A program made the translations under genes and the position numbers. This document shows positions 1 through 8,285 of a DNA stretch of 64,000 bases, piece after piece (the stretch's first letter is position 1; each line of letters opens with the position of its first letter). Origin of the DNA: Pseudonocardiaceae bacterium (lineage in GTDB: Bacteria > Actinomycetota > Actinomycetes > Mycobacteriales > Pseudonocardiaceae); assembly GCA_035948315.1 (NCBI GenBank), contig DASZJG010000010.1, positions 24,815 through 88,814 of the forward strand, in the 5' to 3' direction. The notes beneath the pieces were generated by a model. It had not been told where the DNA came from, ran no database searches, and saw nothing but the letters and a program-made list of their open reading frames with translations.

Positions 1-196
1 TGCCCGCGCCCGCGACCCAGTCGTCGCGGTAGCGGCCGGGCAGCACGACTCCGCAGTCGGTGGCGCCCGCCGCGATCAACCGATGGTGCAGCCCGGCCTC
101 GCGCAACGCTTCCGGCGCCTTCGCGGTGCCCGGCACCGCACTGCGTTCTGGCGGGCGCAGGCCGAGGTTGGTCGGCGCGGCTATGAGTCCGATCAC
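1..196 (-). CDS. Arginase/agmatinase-family protein, N-terminal part (runs off window start; not in ORF track)
   Basis: Manual translation from GTG at 196: VIGLIAAPTNLGLRPPERSAVPGTAKAPEALREAGLHHRL..., a typical arginase-family N-terminus (G..K.PEALR.AGL). Confidence 0.75.
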   Translation of the reverse strand, partial: MIGLIAAPTNLGLRPPERSAVPGTAKAPEALREAGLHHRLIAAGATDCGVVLPGRYRDDWVAGAG

Positions 197-292
197 GTGC
201 TCATCGTCCCGCATCGCGCCGGGGTTCCGCTTGTTCAGCACTGTCCGGCCCGCCTCCCGCTCCCCCGGCACGGCCTCGGTTACCGTGGTCCG

Positions 293-1918
293 ATGCAGCG
301 CGAGTCCGGCCAACTCGTCGGCGGGCCGGCGCGGCGCGGTGGGTCCATTCCGCGCGCGACCGGGTCCATGGCCATCGCCGGACTGGCCAGCAAGCTCACC
401 GGCTTCGCACGCAACCTGGTCATCGCCTGGGTACTCGGTCTGAGCGTCGCGGCGGACGCCTACAACGCGGCGAACACGCTGCCCAACCAGGTCTACGAAC
501 TGCTCGTCGGCGGTGTGCTCACCAGTGTGCTGGTGCCGGTGTTGGTTCGGGCGCACCACGACGACTCCGACGGCGGCGTCGCCTACACGCAGCGCCTGCT
601 GACCATGGCCACGGCCGTGCTGGTGTTGATCACCGTGCTCGCGGTGGCCGCCGCGCCAATGCTGACCGCGCTGGTCGTCGACGACTCCACTGGCCGCGCC
701 AATCCGGCGCTGACCACGGCCTTCGCCTACCTGCTACTGCCGCAGATCCTGTTCTACGGGATCTCCGCGCTGCTCACCGCCGTGCTCAACGCGCGACACG
801 TCTTCGGCGTCACGGTGTGGGCGCCGGTGTTGAACAACATCGTTCTGCTGCTCACCTTCGGGATCTACCCGCTGCTGCCCGGCCAGCTGACCCTCGACCC
901 GGTGCGGATGGACAACGCGCAGCTGCTCGTGCTCGGCATCGGCAGCACGCTCGGCGTGCTCATCCAGGCGTTCGTGCTGCTGCCCGCGCTGGCTCGCTCC
1001 GGTTTCCGGTTCCGGCCGCGCTGGGGCTGGGACCGGCGGTTCGCCGAGTTCGGCAGGCTGGCCGCGTGGACCATCGGCTACGCGCTGCTCGCGCAGGTCG
1101 GCGTCGTCGTGGTCACCAACATCGCCACCGCCAACGGCGGTCTGACCATCTACAACAACGTGTGGCTGCTGGTGCAACTGCCGTACGGGGTGATCGGCTT
1201 CGCGCTGATCACCGCGATTCTGCCCAGGATGAGCCGGGCCGCCGCGGAGGGTCGCGTGCTGGCCATCAAGGCCGACCTGTCGCTGGCCAGCAGACTGTGC
1301 GCGACCGCGATGCTGCCGATGAGCGCGCTGATGACCGTGCTCGGCCCCTCACTGGGCGTCGCGCTGTTCTCGCTCGGGCACAGCAGGGCGGACGCGGGCA
1401 AGGTCGGCATCGCGCTGGCCGTCGCCGCGTTCGGCGTGCTCCCCTACACGATCAGCCTGCTCCAGCTGCGCGTGTTCTACGCGATGAAGGACGCACGCAC
1501 GCCGACTCTGATCATGCTCGGCATGATGGTCGTGAAGGTAGCGCTGTCCCTACTCGCACCGCTCGTGCTCGCCCCCGGGGATGTCGTCTACGGCCTGACT
1601 TTCGCCAATTCCGCCGCGTTTCTGCTCGGTTGGCTCGCGGGCGAGGCGTGCCTGCGCGCGCGGTTGGGCCGGCTGGACGGCGGGCGCATCTCGGTCACCA
1701 TCGTCCGAGGGCTGCTCGCCGGCGTCGCCGCCGCGGCCGTCGCGCTGCTCGTCCGGCTGGTGCTGCCCGGAAATCCGCTCGGCGCCTGGGCGTCGCTGAT
1801 CTTCGGCGGCCTGCTCGGCACCCTGGCCGCCGCGCTGGTGCTGGCCTGGCTCCGCTCGCCCGAGCAGCAGGCCATCGCCCGCCGGTTCGGCCGCATCCTG
1901 ATGCGCCTGCACCGCTGA
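293..1918 (+). CDS. murJ: Lipid II flippase MurJ/MviN
   Basis: Motifs GSMAIAGLASKLTGFAR, ADAYNAANTLPNQVYELLVGGVLTSVLVP, RVFYAMKDARTP; many TM helices. Start at ATG 293 is preferred over the track's 83, which overlaps the arginase gene. Confidence 0.9.
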   Translation: MQRESGQLVGGPARRGGSIPRATGSMAIAGLASKLTGFARNLVIAWVLGLSVAADAYNAANTLPNQVYELLVGGVLTSVLVPVLVRAHHDDSDGGVAYTQRLLTMATAVLVLITVLAVAAAPMLTALVVDDSTGRANPALTTAFAYLLLPQILFYGISALLTAVLNARHVFGVTVWAPVLNNIVLLLTFGIYPLLPGQLTLDPVRMDNAQLLVLGIGSTLGVLIQAFVLLPALARSGFRFRPRWGWDRRFAEFGRLAAWTIGYALLAQVGVVVVTNIATANGGLTIYNNVWLLVQLPYGVIGFALITAILPRMSRAAAEGRVLAIKADLSLASRLCATAMLPMSALMTVLGPSLGVALFSLGHSRADAGKVGIALAVAAFGVLPYTISLLQLRVFYAMKDARTPTLIMLGMMVVKVALSLLAPLVLAPGDVVYGLTFANSAAFLLGWLAGEACLRARLGRLDGGRISVTIVRGLLAGVAAAAVALLVRLVLPGNPLGAWASLIFGGLLGTLAAALVLAWLRSPEQQAIARRFGRILMRLHR

Positions 1919-1921
1919 GCG

Positions 1922-2593
1922 CTACTTGACCCGCCTGCGCATCCGCGCCGTGGCAACGGCTCCGGCGCCGAAGATCAGCACGATCGTGGTCAGCGCCCAG
2001 CGCCGCTCGGTCACCACCTCCTGGCTCACCGGCGCCACCCGCAACGTCCCCGGACTGGTCGGCAACACCGCTGCCCGCCCGCTCTGGGTCGTCGTGGGCG
2101 GGCTGGTCGTCGAGGGCGGTGTTGTGGTGGGCGTGACGGTGGGGGTCGTGGGCGGGGTGAACACCGGTGGCGCCACGGCCGCGCGCAGCGCGACGCTGGC
2201 GGGCGCGGTGGGGGTGATCGGCGGTGGCGGTGGCGGGGTCGAGTGGGTGGGGGGTGGCGTGGTCGGTGGGGGCGGCGGCGGACTGGTCGGCGGCGGCGGC
2301 GGTGGCGGGTTGGAGGACGTGGGCGGCTCACCGTCGCCCAGGCTGATGCAGATGATCGGCGGGATCGGGCCGATCGGCAGCAGGCAGATCTTGAACATCG
2401 GCGCGATGACCTGCTCGGTTCCAGCCGAAACATGATCACCGGGCGCGGCGTTCGCGAGCGGTGCCGTGGCCAGGAACAGGATCGGCACGGCCGCCACGAC
2501 TCCGCCAATCCTGGCCAGGATTCGTCCGCTCCGGTTGGTCGATAACTCTGTTCGTCCAGTTTCGTGCGAATAAGTTCCCGACTTATTTCTCAC
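1922..2593 (-). CDS. Pro/Thr-rich secreted or membrane-anchored hypothetical protein
   Basis: Signal-like segment (VAAVPILFLATAPLANA), poly-Pro/PT tracts, C-terminal TM helix followed by RMRRRVK. Confidence 0.65.
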   Translation of the reverse strand: MRNKSGTYSHETGRTELSTNRSGRILARIGGVVAAVPILFLATAPLANAAPGDHVSAGTEQVIAPMFKICLLPIGPIPPIICISLGDGEPPTSSNPPPPPPPTSPPPPPPTTPPPTHSTPPPPPPITPTAPASVALRAAVAPPVFTPPTTPTVTPTTTPPSTTSPPTTTQSGRAAVLPTSPGTLRVAPVSQEVVTERRWALTTIVLIFGAGAVATARMRRRVK

Positions 2594-2888
2594 GTCGCCT
2601 CATTCTGCAGAGTTCATCGGATTGGCGGATAACGACCATACCGTATCTGGTGATCTAATCCTTCGCCAGAAGGGAGCGCGATGAGTATTTATCTGCTGTG
2701 GCTGCCGCGGCCGGTCTGATGATCACCATCCGCAGGTACGTCTCTTCAGGCGCACCGGCATGCCAGCGACGAAGCCGCCCGCTCCGGCTCCTACCGGGTG
2801 TCGGACAGCCTGGAAATTGGCGGTTTCCTATGGACAGTTCATTTGTGCCAGATAACCAATGATCTGTCCTTTGTGGCGCTGGACCAGC

Positions 2889-3725
2889 TCAGCCAGAACT
2901 GGGTTTGTGGTGACGGTCGAACTCGCGGGCGGCGGTGCGCTGGGTACGGACCGGCAGCAGTTTCTCCTTCTCGGCCGAATCCTCGTCGTTCAGGCCCAAC
3001 TGCACCGCTCTGCGGATCTGCTCCCGATTGTCCCGGACGACCGCGGCGAAGAAGTCGTCGATCCGCGGATCGCGCAACACCTCCAGCACGACCCGGAACG
3101 ACGTGTCCACAACGGAATGCACGATCTCCGCGTGGAAGGGCAGCAGCTTCAGCCTGCTCAACTGCCGGTCCTCGGACAGCTTCTCGCTGATGATCGCGCG
3201 CAGCTGCTCGCGGTTGTCGGTGAGCGAGCGGGCCAGGTTCTCCGGATAGTTGCCGGTTTCCAGCACCTTGACCACCTCGTCGAGCACGGCGACGGTGATC
3301 GGTTTCTTGATCCGGTGCACGAGCGGCTCGGCGAGGCGGTCGACCAGCCGGTTGAAGAACTGCTCGCCGATGGCCCGGTCGGCCGCCCGGCCGATCCGGA
3401 CGAGCAGCAGCACGACGGTGATGATGTGATGCGGGTACAGGGCCGGATGCGCGACCGGGATCATCGCGAAGACCTCGTACCAGTTGCGCGCCGGGAACGA
3501 GCGCACCCACCCCCGCTTGCGCCAGCGCCAGAGGAACTCGAAGAAGAAGATCGCGCTGATCGCGACATCGACCCAGAACAGCACCATGCCGACCGAGTAA
3601 CTCGGCGGGCTCAGCACCACGTCGCCCAGCACGCCGACGGAGATCAGCGCGAGCGCGAGCATGACGTAGTCGTCGGCGTGCACGTTGCCGGGCAGGATGC
3701 CGCTGTTCAGCTCGGCTTCGGCCAT
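2889..3725 (-). CDS. Ion-transport (voltage-sensor-like S1-S4) domain protein without a pore
   Basis: Four hydrophobic helices with VDVAISAIFFFEF, NWYEVFAMIP and VRIGRAADR, then a soluble helical C-terminus; no GYG filter. Confidence 0.7.
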   Translation of the reverse strand: MAEAELNSGILPGNVHADDYVMLALALISVGVLGDVVLSPPSYSVGMVLFWVDVAISAIFFFEFLWRWRKRGWVRSFPARNWYEVFAMIPVAHPALYPHHIITVVLLLVRIGRAADRAIGEQFFNRLVDRLAEPLVHRIKKPITVAVLDEVVKVLETGNYPENLARSLTDNREQLRAIISEKLSEDRQLSRLKLLPFHAEIVHSVVDTSFRVVLEVLRDPRIDDFFAAVVRDNREQIRRAVQLGLNDEDSAEKEKLLPVRTQRTAAREFDRHHKPSSG

Positions 3726-3763
3726 GCTGATCATCCTACGCCCGCGAGGCACGTTAGCGCTGG

Positions 3764-4414
3764 TCAGGCCGGGTTCGCGACGAAATTGACGGTGGTGTTG
3801 GTGAAACCCAGCGACTGCAACAGGCTGACCAGCATGGTCTTGGTGTTGCGTTCCGCGTCCGCGAGCAGCTCGCTCTTGCCGGCAGCGGCCTGGATCTGCT
3901 TCTGCGCCAGTTCGTAGAGCGCCTGCTGGGAGTTGGGATTGCCGGAGAAGAACTGGTTGATCCTGGTGAACAGGCCCTGTTGCTGTGCGTAGACATAGGA
4001 CTGGTGCACGTCCAGCGTGGCCCTGTCCAGCTGCGCGTGGCCCAGCGTGAGGGTCGCCGAGCGCCGGTCGGCGGAAACCTGCACGTCATTGCCCTTGAGT
4101 CGGCCGAAGTCCACGTAGGCGTTGTCGCTGCCGACACCGATGAACATCGTGTCGCTGCCCTCCAGGAAACCGGGCAGGATCGAGGAGTTCGTGGAGATGT
4201 CGACCACCACCTGGAAGGTGCCGCTGGCCGCCTCGTACCGGGACAGCTGCTGCACGGACTGGAGCAGCACCGGTCCCGACGTTTCCTGCGTGTTCTCCGC
4301 GAAGGGGTTGCGCAGCTGCGGAAACAGGTGGATCGCCGAGCCGACCAGAGCAACTCCGATCAGCAGGATCACCACGATCGCCACACCGAGGAGCCGGATC
4401 CGCCACTTGCCCAT
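3764..4414 (-). CDS. DUF4230-like membrane-anchored protein
   Basis: N-terminal TM helix; patterns VGSDNAYVDFG, LTLGHAQL and QKQIQAAAGKSELLADAERNTKTML typical of this family. Confidence 0.7.
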   Translation of the reverse strand: MGKWRIRLLGVAIVVILLIGVALVGSAIHLFPQLRNPFAENTQETSGPVLLQSVQQLSRYEAASGTFQVVVDISTNSSILPGFLEGSDTMFIGVGSDNAYVDFGRLKGNDVQVSADRRSATLTLGHAQLDRATLDVHQSYVYAQQQGLFTRINQFFSGNPNSQQALYELAQKQIQAAAGKSELLADAERNTKTMLVSLLQSLGFTNTTVNFVANPA

Positions 4415-4423
4415 GCCATAGGG

Positions 4424-4488
4424 ATACCCGGTCCGGCCCCACCGTCAACCTCCACCCCGCCGGTGTCCCTATACGGCCCAGCGGGTAC
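4424..4488. promoter_or_regulatory. Divergent pair of SigB/SigF-type promoters (putative)
   Basis: Minus strand GGTT-N17-GGGTAT just upstream of ATG 4414; plus strand GGTGT-N16-GGGTAC (4462-4488) upstream of ORF 4522. Confidence 0.4.
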
Positions 4489-4521
4489 ACAATCAGCGGC
4501 AGACGAGTTCAGGAGGCCACC

Positions 4522-4662
4522 ATGCGCAGGTCGATCTGGTTCTGGCTGCTCATCGCGGTATTGGTCGTCCTGGTGCTGGGCATCATGTTCGGCGGTTACC
4601 GAAAAGGCACTCCGGTCGGCGCGCCGACTCACCAGGACAGAGTTGCCGTCAGCGTGGTGTAG
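4522..4662 (+). CDS. 46-aa single-TM small protein (not in ORF track)
   Basis: AGGAGG at 4511-4516, ATG 4522; MRRSIWFWLLIAVLVVLVLGIMFGGYRKGTPVGAPTHQDRVAVSVV*. Confidence 0.7.
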   Translation: MRRSIWFWLLIAVLVVLVLGIMFGGYRKGTPVGAPTHQDRVAVSVV

Positions 4663-7600
4663 GTCGGCACGGTGGTCACGCTGCCCAGCGTGACCGTGGC
4701 ATCGACGCCGTCGGCGGCGATCGTGGCCGGGATCGGCCGACCGTTGTGCGTGACGCGCACTCGCGGACTTGTCGCGCCGGCCGGCAGTCGCAGGGCGAGT
4801 TCACCCACCCGGACCTGCCCGTACCGCACCTCGATCGAGCAGACCTGTTGCCGGCCAACGCGTTGCTGGCGGAACAGCCCCCAGCCGCCCGCTGCGGTGA
4901 AGGCGGCGGCGAAGTTCTCCGGGGTGATGCGCGGCGCGAAGGTCAGGCTGGCCCTGGGGCCGTGGCAGGAGAAACCGCACGCGGCGAGGAACACGCCGTA
5001 GCTCGCCATGGCCCTGGTGTAGTGCTCGCTGCACTCGATCTCGTTGTACGGGTTGCGCTTCGCGGGCGCGTAGCGGTTGTGCACCGCGTTGGTGACGATC
5101 AGGCCCTGGTCGACCAGGCCCTCGTAGATCATGTGCGCGGCGAGCTGGTACTCCTGCCCGGTCCACGACTCGTTGAAGTACATGGCTACCCCGGCGGGCG
5201 GATTTCCGTTGGCCTGCGCGGCACCGCCGTGCGGGAAGGTCGTCATGATCATGGCCGGTTCGCCTGCCATCGCATACCAGCGCCCGCCCGGAATCGCCGG
5301 GTTCGCCGCCCGGTACGCGGCCGGGTCGGTCACGTAGTTGTAGTGGAAGATGCTGGCCAGCGCGGTCGTGGCCTGTGCGGGGTCGAACACCCGGGGCAGG
5401 CCGAGCTGCCAGGCCGCGTTCTGGCCGAGCATCTGGTCGATGTCGCAGCCGACGTTCGAGTTCGGCGCGTCCGGCGCGCTCGGGTCGACGAGCTGGACGA
5501 AGTACTCGCCGTTCCACAGCGCGGTCGCGATCGAGTGCGCCCCGGACCGCGCGAGCGCGGTGCAGGTCTGCGCGAACGCGGTGTCGTTCATTTCCGTGGC
5601 CATCGCGGCCGCCGCGTGCAGCGCGGCGTCGTACATTCCGGTCAGCCAGGCGACCTCGCCGTACCAGGTGGCGTCCAGGGTGTTGGGCTGCGCGCCCTCC
5701 AGCGTGCCGTCGTGCCGGGTGTCGTGGCTGATCACCCAGTTGACCGCCTGCTTGATCCTGGGCCAGTTCGCGGTCAGAAAGGTGTCGTCGGGCGACATCT
5801 GGTGTTCGCGGTAGAAGCGCAGGATCGTGCCGCACTGGCCGTCGGTGGCCCAGCCCATGTCGGCCTCGGCGCGGTTGCCGATCTCGCCAGTGTCCGGATG
5901 GAATCCGATGCCGAGATCGACGCGCTGCCGGGTGTCCCGCTCCAGGCTCGGGAACAGCCGCGCGATGCCGTGCGCGTAACTCCACACGTGTTCGCAGGTG
6001 CCGGGTGCGCAGTCGACGCCCTCCCAGGCGTAGAAGCGGCCGTTGGACAACCGGAAGGCGACGTTGGTGGCCAGGCTGCCGGAGGTGTGCAGGGTCCGTT
6101 CGAGGAACCAGTGCGGCAGGGTCGAGTCGGTGTACCAGGTTCGCACCCACTCCCGGGTCGCGGCCTCCAGCCGGGGCAGTTGCGCGGCGAGATAGCCGAG
6201 CACGGCCTGCGCCGAGGCGAACCTGGTGGCGTAGTGCCGGCTCAGGTTGGCGATGTCGGTGAGGAAGCCGAGCGCGATCCGGTCCAGGTTCGGGAAGAAC
6301 CAGGCCAGCGCGAACCGAACGGTGTGGCTCTGTCCCGGCGCCAGCACGACCCGCGAGGTGACCGCGCCGGTGATCGTGCCGAGCCCGCCGTCGATGCTGA
6401 CCGGCCCCGGGCCGGACGTGGCGATCGCGGTCGGACTGCTCCAGTCCGCGATCGAGGGCCGCAGGGTGACCTGGGTGTCGTTGCCGAGCACCGCGACGGC
6501 GACCGTGCCGCCGTCGGTAAGCGTGCCGATCGGCGCGGGATTGACGGGCGCGTCGCTGAAGCTGATCGTGCTGACGTTGATGTGGCCCCAGCCGCCGGTC
6601 GCCGAGTCGACGATCTCGATGTGCGCGTCCTTGTTCTGGTAGCGGATCAGGTCGAGGTAGCGCAGGTGCATCGGCTCGGTGTTGTCGGCGGTCAGGCTGC
6701 CCACGACCGCGCCGTCGACGACCACGTTCAGGCAGGTCTGGCCGGGATTGTTGCCACCGCCCACCCACGCGGACACATACCGGCGGGAGACGGTGAACGT
6801 GCCGCTGGTGAGCGTGCCGACGTAGCTGTCGGCGAGGGTCGGATCGTTGTTGGCGGCGATGAAGTTGTGCGAGGTGACGAAGCGCGGCCCCTGCGCATTG
6901 AGGTTGCCGAAGCGCAGCATGTAGGCGGGCACCTGGGAGACCAGCACCGGTCCGGCGCCGAACGCCGTCCCGGTCACCGTCCAGCCGGCGTAGTCGGTCT
7001 GCTGCCACGTCTCGAACACGATGTCCGGCCGCGATGTGGTCACCGGCGCGTTGGCCGCGGTGAACTGCACGCCCTGGTAGTTCTGCGGTCCGGAGACGGT
7101 CTCGCTGGACAGCGTGGTCGGCTGCGCGGTCCTGGCGCGCATCGCGACGGGGTTCTCCGCCCACCCGGTCAACTCGGCGACGACCGGGGCGGCCGTGGTG
7201 TTGGTGAGCGTGTAGGCGAGCACGGTCACCGGCAGCGTCGAGTCGTCGGTCTCGCCGGGCACGAACGGCGGGAACGCGTCCAGGTGCACGGAGACCGGGC
7301 AGTTCGGGTCCTGGTAGTCGACCTGGCCGAGCGGGTACTGGCCGGTGAAGGCGACCTGCGCGAACCCGGTCGAGTCGACGGCGCGCGCGGAACTGTTGCT
7401 CTCGACGAAAATGGGAGCGGTCGAGGTCGTCGTCGGCGGCGAGGTGGTGGTTGTCGTACTCGGGGGCGGGGCGGTCGTGCTGGTTGCGGGCGGGGCGGTG
7501 GTCGTGGTCGGCGGGGTGGTCGAGGTGGGTGGGGCCTGGGTCAGGTTGGCGGTGCGGAGCACGAAACCGTTGCCGAACGGGGAGAACGGGATGTGCGGAT

Positions 7601-7970
7601 CGGCGTAGGCGGGGCCGTTGCAGTTCGCCCAGGGCGGCGCGGGCGCGTTGTCCACGTCCCAGTACCAGAGCTTGCCGTCCCCGCCCAGATAGACCTGTCC
7701 GCACGCGCCGCCGCCGACCGGCATGCCGATGTAGCGCAGCTCCGAACCGGTGTACGTGCTGGGATTCCCGCGCTGGTACAGGGCGGCGACGTCCGCCGAG
7801 CTGAGGCCCTTGTCCGGGTAACCGCCGGTCGCGCCGCCTGTGCCGGCGGCGAACGCGGTGCCCGGCCGGGCGGCGAACATCATGGCACCGGCAACCGTAC
7901 CCGACATGGTCAGGAATCGTCGTCGGTTCACCCAGCTGGATCTAGCGGGCTCGGCCTGCGCGTCCGTCAT
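4629..7970 (-). CDS. Tat-exported glycoside hydrolase family 116 (GBA2-like) with an inserted beta-sandwich module
   Basis: RRRFL Tat motif; GMPVGGGACGQVYLGGDG N-terminus; GTCEHVWSYA, YNEIECSEHYTRAMASY C-terminal catalytic region; AGGAGG RBS at 7975-7980. Confidence 0.85.
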   Translation of the reverse strand: MTDAQAEPARSSWVNRRRFLTMSGTVAGAMMFAARPGTAFAAGTGGATGGYPDKGLSSADVAALYQRGNPSTYTGSELRYIGMPVGGGACGQVYLGGDGKLWYWDVDNAPAPPWANCNGPAYADPHIPFSPFGNGFVLRTANLTQAPPTSTTPPTTTTAPPATSTTAPPPSTTTTTSPPTTTSTAPIFVESNSSARAVDSTGFAQVAFTGQYPLGQVDYQDPNCPVSVHLDAFPPFVPGETDDSTLPVTVLAYTLTNTTAAPVVAELTGWAENPVAMRARTAQPTTLSSETVSGPQNYQGVQFTAANAPVTTSRPDIVFETWQQTDYAGWTVTGTAFGAGPVLVSQVPAYMLRFGNLNAQGPRFVTSHNFIAANNDPTLADSYVGTLTSGTFTVSRRYVSAWVGGGNNPGQTCLNVVVDGAVVGSLTADNTEPMHLRYLDLIRYQNKDAHIEIVDSATGGWGHINVSTISFSDAPVNPAPIGTLTDGGTVAVAVLGNDTQVTLRPSIADWSSPTAIATSGPGPVSIDGGLGTITGAVTSRVVLAPGQSHTVRFALAWFFPNLDRIALGFLTDIANLSRHYATRFASAQAVLGYLAAQLPRLEAATREWVRTWYTDSTLPHWFLERTLHTSGSLATNVAFRLSNGRFYAWEGVDCAPGTCEHVWSYAHGIARLFPSLERDTRQRVDLGIGFHPDTGEIGNRAEADMGWATDGQCGTILRFYREHQMSPDDTFLTANWPRIKQAVNWVISHDTRHDGTLEGAQPNTLDATWYGEVAWLTGMYDAALHAAAAMATEMNDTAFAQTCTALARSGAHSIATALWNGEYFVQLVDPSAPDAPNSNVGCDIDQMLGQNAAWQLGLPRVFDPAQATTALASIFHYNYVTDPAAYRAANPAIPGGRWYAMAGEPAMIMTTFPHGGAAQANGNPPAGVAMYFNESWTGQEYQLAAHMIYEGLVDQGLIVTNAVHNRYAPAKRNPYNEIECSEHYTRAMASYGVFLAACGFSCHGPRASLTFAPRITPENFAAAFTAAGGWGLFRQQRVGRQQVCSIEVRYGQVRVGELALRLPAGATSPRVRVTHNGRPIPATIAADGVDATVTLGSVTTVPTYTTLTATLSW

Positions 7971-7982
7971 CACGCCTCCTGA

Positions 7983-8007
7983 GAAATCGATTTCTGAAAT
8001 CGATTTC
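7983..8007. promoter_or_regulatory. Tandem palindromic operator, LacI-family-like
   Basis: GAAATCGATTTC-T-GAAATCGATTTC: two perfect 12-bp palindromes immediately upstream of the GH116 RBS. Confidence 0.65.
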
Positions 8008-8133
8008 CAGGACGCTAGAGGCGCCGCCCCGCACTGTCAATGATTAACTCACTGAGTCTGATATGTGTTGATAACTACCACTGAACAGGCGCTTGTGGGT
8101 TTACCTGACGCTCGGCACGCGCCGGGGAACGGG

Positions 8134-8167
8134 GGCGCGGGTGGGCCCGATCATGCCCACCCGCGCC
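8134..8167 (-). terminator. Stem-loop downstream of the GH2 gene
   Basis: 13-bp perfect inverted repeat GGCGCGGGTGGGC / GCCCACCCGCGCC with an 8-nt loop. Confidence 0.55.
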
Positions 8168-8285
8168 GCGCGTACCGCCGTTCATGCTGCCCGTATCAGC
8201 CTCCCGGCGGCGGGTCCCGGTCACTGATCCCAGTGTAGGGCCATCTTGGGCTGCTGGAACGTGGCAGCGTATGCCGTCAACGGAC

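Noticed and set aside
2060-2330. GGC/GGT-rich repeats as a possible CRISPR or tandem array
   Set aside because: These are codons of poly-Pro/Thr tracts; there is no constant repeat-spacer period and no cas genes.
2600-2885. AT-richer intergenic region with a 12-aa ORF (2681-2719) and a following short frame
   Set aside because: Codon bias is weak and no product is recognisable; it cannot be supported as a gene or leader peptide from sequence alone.
4746-7982. 1078-aa plus-strand ORF
   Set aside because: Antisense shadow of GH116, caused by stop-codon scarcity in GC-rich DNA; no motifs.
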